Below, in pieces: positions 1 through 11,400 of a DNA stretch of 64,000 nt. The stretch covers positions 682,001 to 746,000 of the forward strand of contig LSRY02000001.1 of the NCBI GenBank assembly GCA_001643675.2. Reading direction: 5' to 3'. The first letter of the stretch is position 1. The number at the start of each line of letters is the position of its first letter. A program made the position numbers and the translations under genes. The notes beneath the pieces were generated by a model, which saw only the letters and a program-made list of their open reading frames with translations, was not told the DNA's origin and ran no database searches. This DNA is from Monocercomonoides exilis PA203. Taxonomy: Eukaryota > Protista > Preaxostyla.

Positions 1-102
1 TAAAAAATAACTTTCCAACTAATTGATTGAACAAATTCAGTCTTTACAAAAAATACACGAAATTATTATTTATCTTTAACATTTTACACAAATTTCCTCT
101 TT

Positions 103-2438
103 TGAACTTGATTGATTTGACTGCGTCAAGTGGCATTCGATCGGTCAACATCCAATAAGATCGATCTAATGTCATTGAGACCCAGTCAAATTGGATGTGA
201 CTCAGTCACATCCGATGTTTTCAATTCTGGGTTTCATGATCACAGAAAAAATATATTTTTTATGGGTCATTTCACTTGCTTGTTTCTATTTTTTTCACAA
301 AATGTCGCAATCAACTTTTTTGGACATATTAGTGAGAGTGGAAAAGAGAAAAGCTATCACTGCACCAGCGCACATCACTCCTTCACCTGTAAAAAAAACC
401 CTCATCGAATCCGCTTGCAAATATATGAAAGTTGATAAAACTCATGCATTTTTTCGACTCACTGGATTTACTCGTTTTTAATGCGATTTGCTTTATCAGT
501 TATTAAGCAAAGAAAGCCCTCTTCATCGGGGGAAAGAAAAAACAATTGAAAAATTTGAGGATCAACTCTTTCTTCTTTTGAATTTTTTGCATCTTGGATC
601 AACATCCTTCACTCATTTTCTCGTTTCTTCTTTTTATGAAACACAAAATTCAACAATTAAATTACTTCACAGCATTGTTCAAAATATTAAAGTCAATCTG
701 ATCGATTTGTTTATCACATTTCGACCAGACAGATTAGATGATATGAGAGATGTGGGTGTTGTGGTCGACTGCACAGTTCTTCAAATCAACAGACCAGCTG
801 GAAGCTTGCAGTTTGGAACAAAATTCTACAGCGGGAAACATCATATCTACTGCGTGAAGGCTGAAGTTGGTGTTAACCCGCGCACCGGAACAGCCAGCAC
901 TGTCAGTTCCATTCACACTGGCTCAACACACGACTTTTCTATCTTCAAGGAGCATTTCCCACAATTTAAGGCGCAGCTTGGGGGCTCAAAGGTGCTTGCG
1001 GTCTCGGCATACATCGTGGCGAGGAATGATTTGGATGCATGTATTACGAAACCTGTCGGAACTCCTCAGCTGGCATCGCGGCGAGTAATTGTTGAGCGTT
1101 ATTTTGGTCGTTTGAAAACTCTTTTCGCAGTCTTTCGCCACAATTGGCCATTTCAGGTCGAAAAGATTGCTGACTACTTCATTGTTACATGCGCACTGAC
1201 AAACCTCCACATCATTCACAACCCATTAACTGGGCTTGACTGCGAAGCTAATCAGAGGTTCATCAATGAACTATACATAATTACAACAAGAAAAACAGAA
1301 GCAAGGAGACTTTTCAACGATAGATATCGGGCTAAACTTAAGAATAGACTCAACCCAGAGGCCACTCCAACTTCTTGAATTACAGTTCTGCTTGCAGAAG
1401 AAGCTTGCGTGAATTTTTATTTTTTACACATATTATTCTTTATAACATTTATTTTCTTCTTTTTTATATTTCAATAACCATAACTATCTTTTTCAGGTGA
1501 TTTTGATGACCAACAAACCCAAAATTGTGAAAAAGAAGAGAAAGAAGAAGAAAAAGAAGAAAAGGAAAAGAAAAAGAAAATTTTTATTGAAGAAAAAGAA
1601 AAAAGAAAGAAATTATTATGTTGAATAGTAAAAATGATGAAATAGAAGATGAAAGAAATAATGTTATTGGCACATGGTTCATTCCGAACCAATGGAAAAG
1701 TCTTTGCCTTCTTCAACAATCTTCTTCTTCAATTTTTCCTTCTTCTTCATGTTCATCATCTGATGAGAAAAGAGAAAGAGTAAGTGAATCGCCTTCACAA
1801 TCTCCTTTAGCAAATAAAAAATGAGTTTTTTCTTATTTTTTATATAAACATTCACCTTCATCACCTTTTTTGATAATCACAATACACTTTTGATGTTTGA
1901 GATAATATTTGTTTTTGTTATTATTAAACATACTTAAAAATATTAAAATTTTTGATTGAAAATTGTTTTTAATTCTTTAAAGCTTTAAATAAAAAATTAA
2001 AATGAGAATTGAATGAAAATGAACATTTAAACAAACACGTACATGCAAATATTTAAAAATCCATTCAAATATGCTATTACTGTTGTTTTTTTTGTGAAAA
2101 AGTTGGTAATCCTTACAAAAAATGCGTTAAAACTTGTTACAAATACATAGTATTAAAAATTGATAAAAGCAAAAAACTGATCAAAAATGGCTTTCATAAT
2201 ATCTATTAAACACACAAACCAAATTCTAAAACACAACTAAAAACATTTGTAAAGAAATTAACAAAACAAAAAAGTTACGATCACAACACTCAAAACAAAT
2301 TTTATTGATAATTCTGAAGCTGAAAACATGTGGGATTGAGTGAAATTCGATTAAAAATAGAGAAATTCGATAAACCAGACATAAATCGATTTGACTGAGT
2401 CACATTTTCGCGACTCAGCCTAACCCTAATCAAGTTCT
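103..2438 (+). mobile_element. PHIS (PIF/Harbinger-ISL2EU-like) DNA transposon, copy A
   Basis: Ends (T)GAACTTGATT...AATCAAGTTCT. Subterminal arrays contain TGACTnAGTCA palindromes at about 110-245 and 2335-2430. Encodes a DDE_Tnp_4-like transposase. Right flank is ATT. Confidence 0.8.
302..1824 (+). pseudogene. DDE_Tnp_4/Harbinger-like transposase, two exons (302-1406, 1497-1824), inactivated
   Basis: Motifs FFRLTGF, VDCT, YSGKHH, GSTHD and RVIVERYFGRLK. The second catalytic Asp is lost (AVSAY versus ADSAY in other copies). In-frame stops at 479 and 1376. Exon 2 is frameshifted and encodes WFIPNQWKS. Confidence 0.85.
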
Positions 2439-2670
2439 ATTTCCTAGTGAGGGATTTTACCCGGTACCAGAATTTAACCCTATACCACTCTTTCAATGAT
2501 CACATTTTCTTTTTATTTTTGAATTATTGTTTTTCAGATAAATAAATGAATCAAAAAAATAAACCAATGAATGTTTAGTATTATTATAAAAAAATAAACG
2601 GAGAATAAATTACAAAAGCAATTCTGTCAACAGGAAATAAATGTTTTGATAAAATTGTTATTATTTCAAT

Positions 2671-4301
2671 TCACTTCAACAAATCAATATTCGAATCCGA
2701 TGAATAATAAAATGCACCTGTCACAGCTGCAGAAGGAGCTTTTGAAGGTTTGATGAGTGACGAAGCCCATTCTGAAGAACTTTGTGGTAACGTTTCTAAA
2801 ACTTTCGATGGTTCGAAAGGATTCCATCCAGAAACTCTCCAAGAAGTTTCAATTGTTTTTGGATTAAAAGCAAAAGACAAAGCGTATTTCAAATTTTGCA
2901 TAAAATTTGTCCGTATTGATGACGCTGTATGCTCAGAAGGAGTTAATTTCCATTTCTGGAAAGAGTGCTTCAAATTTGCATTGACGAACATGTCGTTTGG
3001 CTGAATCAGATGCGATGTGTGTGATGGAAGGCGAATAACGTCAATCAAATTACCTTTCGCACATTTTAAAACATTTTCATCGAAGTGCCCAACCCCGCCA
3101 TCCATGATAAGCAATGCGTGCATTCCACTCTTTCCAACAGCTGCTCTCTTTGCGACGATGTCTGGAACAAAAGATGAAAAGAAGATTTTTTGAAACAAAG
3201 CTAATGTCATGTGTCCTGTGTCTGAAGGAACAAAAAACAACGACTGATTAGATGCTGCAATATACTCTGCGGGGACAGAGGCAAAAGGGATGAAAATCGG
3301 AACCCTATATCTGTCCCCATCTGCTGAAGTCATCAAAAGAAGAGTAGTCGAAGTCGGGATTGCAGGTTCTGGCACAGTTGGAGAAGAGCTGGAAGAGTCA
3401 TCTGAAATCACCAATGTTGGAGGTTGATCCGAAGAGTATGTGGACGTTTCATCCAAATTAAACATTAAAGAAGATGGATATTTTTCCACGTCAATGAACT
3501 TTTTGACATTTGTCTAAATTTTTTTTGAAAAGTTCCTTCTGTTTAATTTTCAAACAGAATAAAAATTTCATATTTCGATCAAATTTCTGTTCTTACTTAC
3601 GAAACTTCACTTAAAATAAAATTATAACATCGTCAAGATTTTGTTTCAATGGCAGCAAAATTTGGTGAGTGGAAACAAAAATTTGATCGAAAAATGTAAT
3701 TTTTATTCAATTTGAAAATTAAACAAAAGGAACTTTTCAAAAAAATTTAGACATTTGCAAAAAAAGGTTCCAAACAATCCTTTGTTGAATGAGCTGCTCT
3801 TGCAGGCAGAAGAGGAGTTGGTGATGTTTTATGAAATTCTGGATGTCTTTTCAAAAATAATTTCCTTCACGTTTTTGTTAATGACATGCACTTCGGAGTG
3901 CATCCCGGACGTTTCCGCATGATATCAAGAGCCTTTTTCTCATTATATTACAAAAATGAACACTCAAAAAACGAACAAACCATTTCAATAACTTCTTTAA
4001 ATGTCGGAAAGCTTCGTTTTCTGATTTTTACCTTTTTTTCTTCAACTAATTTCGCTTCTTCTTCTCCTGTCAGCTTTGTTGGGCGCCAACTCTTACCCGG
4101 TACTCTTCCAGAAGCAAGAGCATTTTTTGTTCTGTAAAAAGTTGATCGAGAAATGATATTATCTCTGACAAGACCTCAAACTGAACAATTTGTTTCAAAG
4201 GCCAGTTTGACCACCCTAACATTGCGCGATGAATCAGCACGAACTTCTTTCGTCGCAAGTCTTCTGCAAACAGTCCGTTTCTTCTCAGTTAAAATTCACA
4301 T
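2671..4301 (-). pseudogene. pogo-like DDE_1 transposase (DD35D), disrupted by stops and a MITE
   Basis: N-terminal HTH-type ISRSTFYR..RPTKLTGEEE. Catalytic motifs NLDET, IMDG and LPSHTSHLIQPND, with 35 residues between the last two Asp. One intron. Removing the MITE restores the frame (EPFFAN|VKKFIDVEKY). Confidence 0.85.
3512..3752. mobile_element. ~240-bp MITE with ATTT target duplication
   Basis: ATTT|GTCTAAATTTTTTTTGAAAAGTTCC...GGAACTTTTCAAAAAAATTTAGAC|ATTT, with ~90-bp imperfect arms. Interrupts the pogo ORF. Confidence 0.9.
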
Positions 4302-4379
4302 ATTATTTTTTATTTCAATTTATGGCACTCAATGGTTTAGGGTTTGATTCCGGTACCTGGTTAAATCCTCAGCTTCCAA

Positions 4380-4453
4380 GTCACGATGGTGTAGTTGGTT
4401 ATCACATATGCTTCACACGCATGAGGTCTCCGGTTCGATCCCGGATCGTGACA
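4380..4453 (+). tRNA. tRNA-Val(CAC)
   Basis: Acceptor stem GTCACGA/TCGTGAC, A box TGGTGTAGTTGG, anticodon arm TATGC-TTCACAC-GCATG, B box GGTTCGATCCC, then a T6 Pol III terminator. Confidence 0.95.
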
Positions 4454-4599
4454 TTTTTTGACTTCAAACAAATTTATATAATTATAAATTATTTTTTTGT
4501 AAAAATATAATTTTGACACTGTAAATTGACGAGATATTTTAATGTAAATAATGTAAAGTTTGTTTTAAAAATTGCTTTATTTGAAAGTCGGTGATATAT

Positions 4600-5139
4600 A
4601 TGTCGATTATTTTTGCATTAATTTCTTTGTGCTCAGCTCAATGGTGTGACTGCTTCAACTGCTTGTGCGGATGCGGATTCCCCATGTGCGGAGGATGCGG
4701 AATGGGTGGATGGGGAATGCCCATGGGATACATGGGAGGTGAAGGAGGAATGGTTGGTGCTGGATATGAAAACACAAACATGGTTAATGCATATGGAGCT
4801 GGAGGTGATATGATGGGATACGGACAAGCTGCCAATGCCTATGATACAAATGCTTGTGTTGCTGATGTCAACGCGATGGGTGCCTATGGTGTCAACAACT
4901 ACGCAGTCCGCAATGCCAACCAAATGATGGTCAACAACATTAACGATGTTTGCATGGCTGGATCAAATGGATACGGTGCAGCCAACCTCAACGCTGCTGC
5001 AATGAACAACAACATGTTCGGAGAAGGAAACTTCGGAGGTGCCACAAACGCTTACGGAGGTGCTGCAGGAATGAACAACATCAATGCTGGTGGATACGGT
5101 GCAACCGGTGGAGCTGGTGGAGGGATGTGGGGATTCTAA
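4600..5139 (+). CDS. Secreted Gly/Asn/Ala/Met-rich protein with a Cys-rich N-terminus (candidate structural or cyst-wall protein)
   Basis: Intronless ORF with clean codon bias. Signal-like MSIIFALISLCSA, then CDCFNCLCGCG..CGGCG, then repeated NxYGA/GxYGA units. Confidence 0.75.
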   Translation: MSIIFALISLCSAQWCDCFNCLCGCGFPMCGGCGMGGWGMPMGYMGGEGGMVGAGYENTNMVNAYGAGGDMMGYGQAANAYDTNACVADVNAMGAYGVNNYAVRNANQMMVNNINDVCMAGSNGYGAANLNAAAMNNNMFGEGNFGGATNAYGGAAGMNNINAGGYGATGGAGGGMWGF

Positions 5140-5613
5140 ATAGACATCCTATCCTTGTAGCGTTGGACTTCCTCATTCATTGTGCATTGCAATTTTAAAT
5201 TTACAAACGCATTTCCAGATTTTTACGAAATAATTTCGTTTCATCAATTAAAATTTTTATTGATCAAAACGCTTTTAATTTTTCTGAGTTTCAAAAGAGA
5301 ACCGAAAAAGGAATTTTAAAACAAAAATAAATATATGGAAAAAAACATTTATGAGGTTGTTCATAAAAATCTCCATTATTGTCAATAAACCAACAAAAAG
5401 AATGGAAATAATTTTATGAATTTTTTAATGTTAAATTTTTTTTATTTGATTATTTTTTTCCACAATTGAAAACACAAAGAATCTCTTTTTGCAAATAATT
5501 TTCACAATTTGAGTCGCTCATTTTTTCTATTTGATTGCTTCAAAAATGAGTCACATGAAAAACATTTTTGATTATTCCCATAAATATCATTTTTGAAAAA
5601 CCCTTTTTTTTCA

Positions 5614-6588
5614 ATGGAGGAAAATGGAAATTGGCTTCGGGCCCAAATTGAAAATGTTCCTCCTTTCACAAGGATGTATGATATCGCGAGCATTGTACTC
5701 TCCTTGCTCATATACTCTGGAAATTTGTCATTGATTGATATTTTTTTCCATCCTGTTCTTGTAATTGAAGATAAGCAGGTTTATATGTCTTATCTTTTGC
5801 TGGATTATTTCTTGCGCATATTTTTTTCTGTGACAAACTTTTTTTAAACTAGTACTGGCGACTTTTCACATCATTTTTGTATCATGGAGAATTTGGATTG
5901 AACCTCATCATAAACTTATATTTTTTGTTTGTACTCAATTTTCTTGCTCTTTTTTTATGTTTGCATTTTCAGCTCGAACATGTGTTCATCACTTGAGACA
6001 AATCATTTTCGAAACAGAACAATTGATTTTGCATTTTTTGTATTTTTCATAGCGTCTGTAATTGTCGTATGCAAAATATTTCATGCAAATTTTATTCAAA
6101 AATATTTGATTGATTTCATTAGATTTTATCATTGATACCAACAAATGAGAAATCTCATCCAATTCTTGCTCATTCACTTTCATCTGCATTTTGGTATTAT
6201 TCGTCTAAACTACCAGAAAACAGACATGGAGCTGTAATGTTGTTTATGCTGATACAAGTTCCTTTTTCGTTAGTTGCATGGATACAAATTTTATTTAAAA
6301 TTGTGTCTGGAGAAAGCATTATGGATAATTTGAAGGGAATCCTTGCAGGACACCTATTTTATTATTTCGAGCGTGTTCTTTGTGATGATTACATTGGCGG
6401 TCCTAACATTGGAAAGGCTTTAAAGTTTGTTAAACATTTTTGATTGGTTAATACATCTCATTCCATTTTCATTGTTTAGCTCTGCAAAACAGTTTGTTAT
6501 TGGATTGTTTCATCGTGGGGAAGAAGCAAATGCAGATGGACAAGCAGTGATACAAATTGACGAACCAGAAGAATTACATGAGGACTAA
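5614..6588 (+). CDS. Derlin (Der1-like ERAD membrane protein), five exons
   Basis: VPPFTR, Q|YWRLFTSFLY.G, LETNHF..RTIDF and DNLKGILAGHLFYY are Derlin hallmarks. Four GT-AG introns (first 5779-5852) splice in frame to a TAA at 6586-6588. Confidence 0.9.
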
Positions 6589-7076
6589 TTTTTTTGGTTG
6601 TTTTAAAAGTTGAATGAGTATATTTGTAAAATTTGAAGTTTTTTGTTTTATACACTTCATTTAAAAAACAAATTATTAATTTTTGCGTACTTTCATTAAC
6701 GTCAATACACCTTTTTTCACAAAATGAAAAAATCAATAATGATTATGAAGTATTTTTCAAATATTCCAAATAATAATTTTGATGTTCAATAATGATAAAA
6801 AAACTGTTACAAACTATTTGAGAGAAACGTTCATTGAAATTAAAGAATGTATTTGTTAATTTATACCTTTTAAAGATTTTGAAGAATCACAAACAAGCTG
6901 GAACAAGAACAACAGATACACGAACTTTTTGATATTTTGAAAATATCGAAATATTCACTTTCAAAAGATATTTTAAAAAAAAAATAATAATAATAACATT
7001 TTGAATTAAATTCTATTTCAAAATGTTGAATCCGAGCGTGTATTTTTCGCAACATTGAAAAACGAAAATTTTATTA

Positions 7077-8097
7077 CAATGAGTAAAATACCCGGAACAT
7101 GGTAAAAAACCCGGAATTTTTATAAAAATTCATATACACCATTTATTATTCAAATTTGGTAAACTTATTATTCGAAATTGGTCAACTAATTATTCGAAAT
7201 TGTTAAACTAATTATTCGAAATTGTTAAACTTATTATTCGAAATTGGTAAACTTCTTATTCAAAATTAATAAAATTCAGTATTTTTTACAAAAATATTTT
7301 TTGATATAATATGATCACTGGCTGATTGTCAGAAAGTGATTAAAATTTTTTGTTTTTTCATTATCAATAAAAAGGATGAAAAATTGAACCCCGATTTTTA
7401 TTATTTGTGAATAAACATGAAAATTTCTGTTTTTTTCAGAAAAAAATCATCATTCATGAAATCGGTAATTTTTCAAATGAATTCATCTCCTATTGTTAGA
7501 TTGTGAATTATTAAATCGAAAATTTTTATAATATAAAAATTCAAGTGCTGGAAACTACAAAAAACAAACGAAGAATTATTATTGAATTCAAATGGATAAT
7601 TTCAATTTTGAAAAATTTTTGATTCCAGCTCTTGAATTTTTATATTATAAAAATTTTCGATTTAATAATTCACAATCTAACAATAGGAGATGAATTCATT
7701 TGAAAAATTACCGATTTCATGAATGATGATTTTTTTCTGAAAAAAACAGAAATTTTCATGTTTATTCACAAATAATAAAAATCGGGGTTCAATTTTTCAT
7801 CCTTTTTATTGATAATGAAAAAACAAAAAATTTTAATCACTTTCTGACAATCAGCCAGTGATCATATTATATCAAAAAATATTTTTGTAAAAAATACTGA
7901 ATTTTATTAATTTTGAATAAGAAGTTTACCAATTTCGAATAATAAGTTTAACAATTTCGAATAATTAGTTTAACAATTTCGAATAATTAGTTGACCAATT
8001 TCGAATAATAAGTTTACCAAATTTGAATAATAAATGGTGTATATGAATTTTTATAAAAATTCCGGGTTTTTTACCATGTTCCGGGTATTTTACTCAT

Positions 8098-8099
<2 letters not shown>
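7077..8099. mobile_element. Non-coding foldback element (~469-bp inverted arms, TA flanks)
   Basis: 7077-7545 is the reverse complement of 7631-8099, reading TA|CAATGAG...CTCATTG|TA. About six 21-bp tandem units (ATTATTCGAAATTGGTAAACT-like) lie in each arm. Confidence 0.9.

Positions 8100-8105
<6 letters not shown>

Positions 8106-8144
<39 letters not shown>
8106..8144 (+). repeat. poly(A) tract, 39 nt
   Basis: Read directly. Lies just outside the right end of the foldback element. Confidence 0.9.
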
Positions 8145-8146
<2 letters not shown>

Positions 8147-8413
8147 TTTTGATTAAATTTTTATCAAAATTGAAGTAATCTGTAATGTTTTAAAAAATGG
8201 ATTTGTTTTTATAAAAAGTTTCATTGAGGATAGAGTTAAAGAAAAAGAACATATTATATATGAGAACATACAAAAAAAATAATATTCTTTCTGCTGGTTC
8301 TATTTTCTTTTGAAGATGAATTAATAAAATACCAATAAAAAAGGAATTATAAATGTGATAAAAAAAGGAAATTATATTTTATTACGGTTTCAGATCAACA
8401 ATAAATTGAATGA

Positions 8414-11400
8414 ATGTCCAAAATACAGAAGGAATTGTGGAAATCAGCAATCCTTGTACACTTTATTATTGATCCTTCAACAAAATGTTACCAAAGAAAG
8501 CCTTTGCCGTTGTCGGTTTTGAATTTTTTTCACAATTATTTTTCATATTCAGCATTATTTCATTAACTTCAAAGATTTTAATTCCGTTTTCCAGCTATCT
8601 GCCTCTTTATTTGAAAAAGGTACAGACATATTTTGAACAGTATATTCCACATATTGTACTTGATCAAATTTGGTTTTCATATGATGGAAAGCCTGTGGAA
8701 TGGTTTGCAATCTCCAACGCAAGTCAATGTGCAGAAGATTTCTCAACTCATTTTTATAAAACTATATTTTTTTTACTATTGTCTATTTTTTTTGAAAAAT
8801 TCATGAAAATTTAGGCAACATCCCGTCGGAGTTCTTTTTGATGTGTATGTAATCTCAAAAACACACCTTTCTCAATCAACAATAAATGGAAAGTCTTTTC
8901 CGTGGGTTATTAACGTTCATTTTGAAAACTTTCCAACGGATTCATTGCTAAGACTTGCAAGTGAAAAAGACGTCAGATTTATGTACAGATCAGCATGTAA
9001 AGAGGCTCTGCAAATGAAAGCAAGAGTGACAGATGACGTTAATTTGGCAAATGATAATGATTTAGAAAAAATGTTTCAAGCTGCAATTCATGGTTTGCTT
9101 TATTTTTTTTCACAAAAAACATTTAAAAGTTTAATTTTTGTTGAAAAAATGCGTTCTTAATTGAATAGCTAACTTGAAGAGGTTCTTCAAGTTCTTTTCC
9201 TCAAAGTTTCTTGCGAAGGCTTCGAAAATGATGCTTATGAACAAAAAAAACTCTCCTCCGATTCGTGTATTTTTCACAGGGAATGCGACAAGTTACGTTC
9301 AGAAAAGATGCACAAGAGAGGAGTTTGAGTGGATTCGCGAATTTTCGTTCACTTCATTCAGCACATTCAAGATGAATGGCGGGGAATCAGAAGACGAGGG
9401 AGAAAGAGGCGACGAAAGAGATGGCTATTATGAAGGCGCTGGTGGCAACATGTACCAAACATCTTCTACAGCTGATGGCTCGCAAATGCTCAGCTTAGAA
9501 GGCAGAAGAGAAGAAGCGGATGCGATGGACAAAGAAGGCGGAAAAGAGAAAATGAGAGAAAGAGAGAGAGAAGCAGGAGAAGGTGTGTATTCCCTGGACA
9601 GAGTGAATACCAACAGAGATGACCCCGAAGCAGTGGCTGAGCCTGCTGAAATACAACAGTATTTTTCGATTGTGGATGCGAAGGACAAAGACGGGGCAGC
9701 GATGTATATTCCATCACCAGCTTCTTCTCCGTCTTCTTCTTCTTCTGCAACTTCAGTGCATTCAAAAGATGGAAGTTCGAAGAAAGTGGGGAAGGAAGGG
9801 AATAGGAAAGAGAAAGAAAAGGAGAAAGAGAAAGCGAAGGAGAAAGAAAAAAGAAAAGGAAGAGAAGAGAAGGAGAAATTAAAGAAGAAAAAGAAAAAGA
9901 AGAAGAAGACATTAAAAGAAAGCGAAAAGAAGAAGAAAGAAGGCAAAAATGGAGAAGACGGCGATAAAGACAATAAGGGCGAAGAAGACGAAGACGAAGA
10001 AGGTGACGATCAATTTGACAGACCGCTGCCAATTGACGAGTGGCTATTTTGTGTGTTGTTATTTTCTTGTTAAATAAACATTTGTCCTCAATTAACAAAC
10101 TGTTAATGTTTTTTGTTAATTTTATCTATGTTTTTGAAATTTTCTATTGTTTTCTATTCTTTTTTGTTACATTTTTGTTTTTCATTTTCTTTTTCATTTT
10201 CTTTCTTTCTTTCTCTCTCTTTCACATCCATTTCTGACAACTTCATCTCCTTTTAATTTTTTTTTTAATGTTTACCAAAATGCTATCAGACGATCCCACA
10301 ATCACACTCCACCATTACTTGAACTTCTGCTTTCCTTCTCTGTTTCCGAACCCTCCTCCGCTTGCAAGCAGCGAACGGAACTATTTTGGCGAAGAAGAAT
10401 TTGAATCTGATGCAAACAAACAGGATGAAGCAGAAGGAGCAGCAACAGGCGAAGAAGAAGAAGGAGCTGAGGGAAAAGGAAGAAAAATGGGGATGACAGG
10501 AGAAGGTGATGAAGAAGGAGGAGAAGGAGGAGAAGGAGGAAGAGAAGAAGCAGAGTCGAAAAGAGCAGCAACGGGCAGTTTCAGCCAGAGAGAAGAAAGA
10601 GGAAGAGGAAGAGAAAGTGAAAGAGACGGAACAACAGCTACATCAGGCGATGCAGATGACCAGCTGAGTGTGTCTTCCTCTTCTCATCTTCTGCAGTCTA
10701 AATCCACTTCTGAGCAAGGCGCCTATCAAAAGAATAAACACCACGACTCTTCTTCTTCTTCCTCATCTTATCTGCGTTCACACAAACATGCCACTTCCTC
10801 TGCTCCTGCAAAGCCTCCATCTCCGCCTCCTCCGAATGACTTTGTGTATTCGGTGATTGCTGCATCGTTGATGGACAACCTGTTCGAACCAGCCACTGCT
10901 GCTCATCCTTCTTCTTCTTCTTCTTCTGTTTCTTCTTTGGCTTCTTCTTCTTCTGCATCTGCCTCTTCTTCATCGTTGATTGCTGCTGAGCCAGCAGGCT
11001 CACCCACAACTTCGATGCTCTCCTCTCAATCTATTGATTCTCTGCATCCATTTGACTTGTTCCGTTCTGCCTCGACTTCTTCTTCCTCCTCCTCCTCTTC
11101 TTCCTCTTCTTCTTCGCTTCGATCGCCTCTTCATCGAAAAGGAGCCTCAACAGACAGTTCTTCCTCTTCCTCTTCCTCCTCTCCTTCTTCTTTCTCCTCT
11201 CCTTCTCCTTCACCCGCCATCCGCCGTGCTCCTCCGGCCCCACCGCCTTCCATTGCCTCATACAACTCTCCAAGCGACTCTGTTCTTTCCTCAGCTTCTT
11301 CTTTTGCTTCGCTCAACGGCCTCTCTGGCTCTTTCTCTCACTTCCACCGCACGTCCACCGCAGGCTCTGCAGCGTCTTCCTCCTCAGCACTTTCTGTTGA

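Larger units (their letters stand above)
2447..4373 (-). mobile_element. pogo/Tc1-mariner-type DNA transposon (pogo-A)
   Basis: Imperfect ~35-bp TIRs: GTGAGGGATTTTACCCGGTACC versus the reverse complement of the right end, GCTGAGGATTTAACCAGGTACC. TA at the left flank. Ends 6 bp before tRNA-Val. Confidence 0.75.

Noticed and set aside
479-481. In-frame TAA/TAG in transposases as evidence of a TAR=Gln genetic code
   Set aside because: The stops fall at Glu and other positions as well as Gln, and they co-occur with TGA stops and frameshifts. Host ORFs of thousands of codons lack TAR, and Derlin ends in TAA. This is decay.
7143-7265. CRISPR-like array (also considered for the 20-bp arrays at 58.9-61.5 kb)
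   Set aside because: Contiguous degenerate repeats without unique spacers, no cas genes, and a eukaryotic context.
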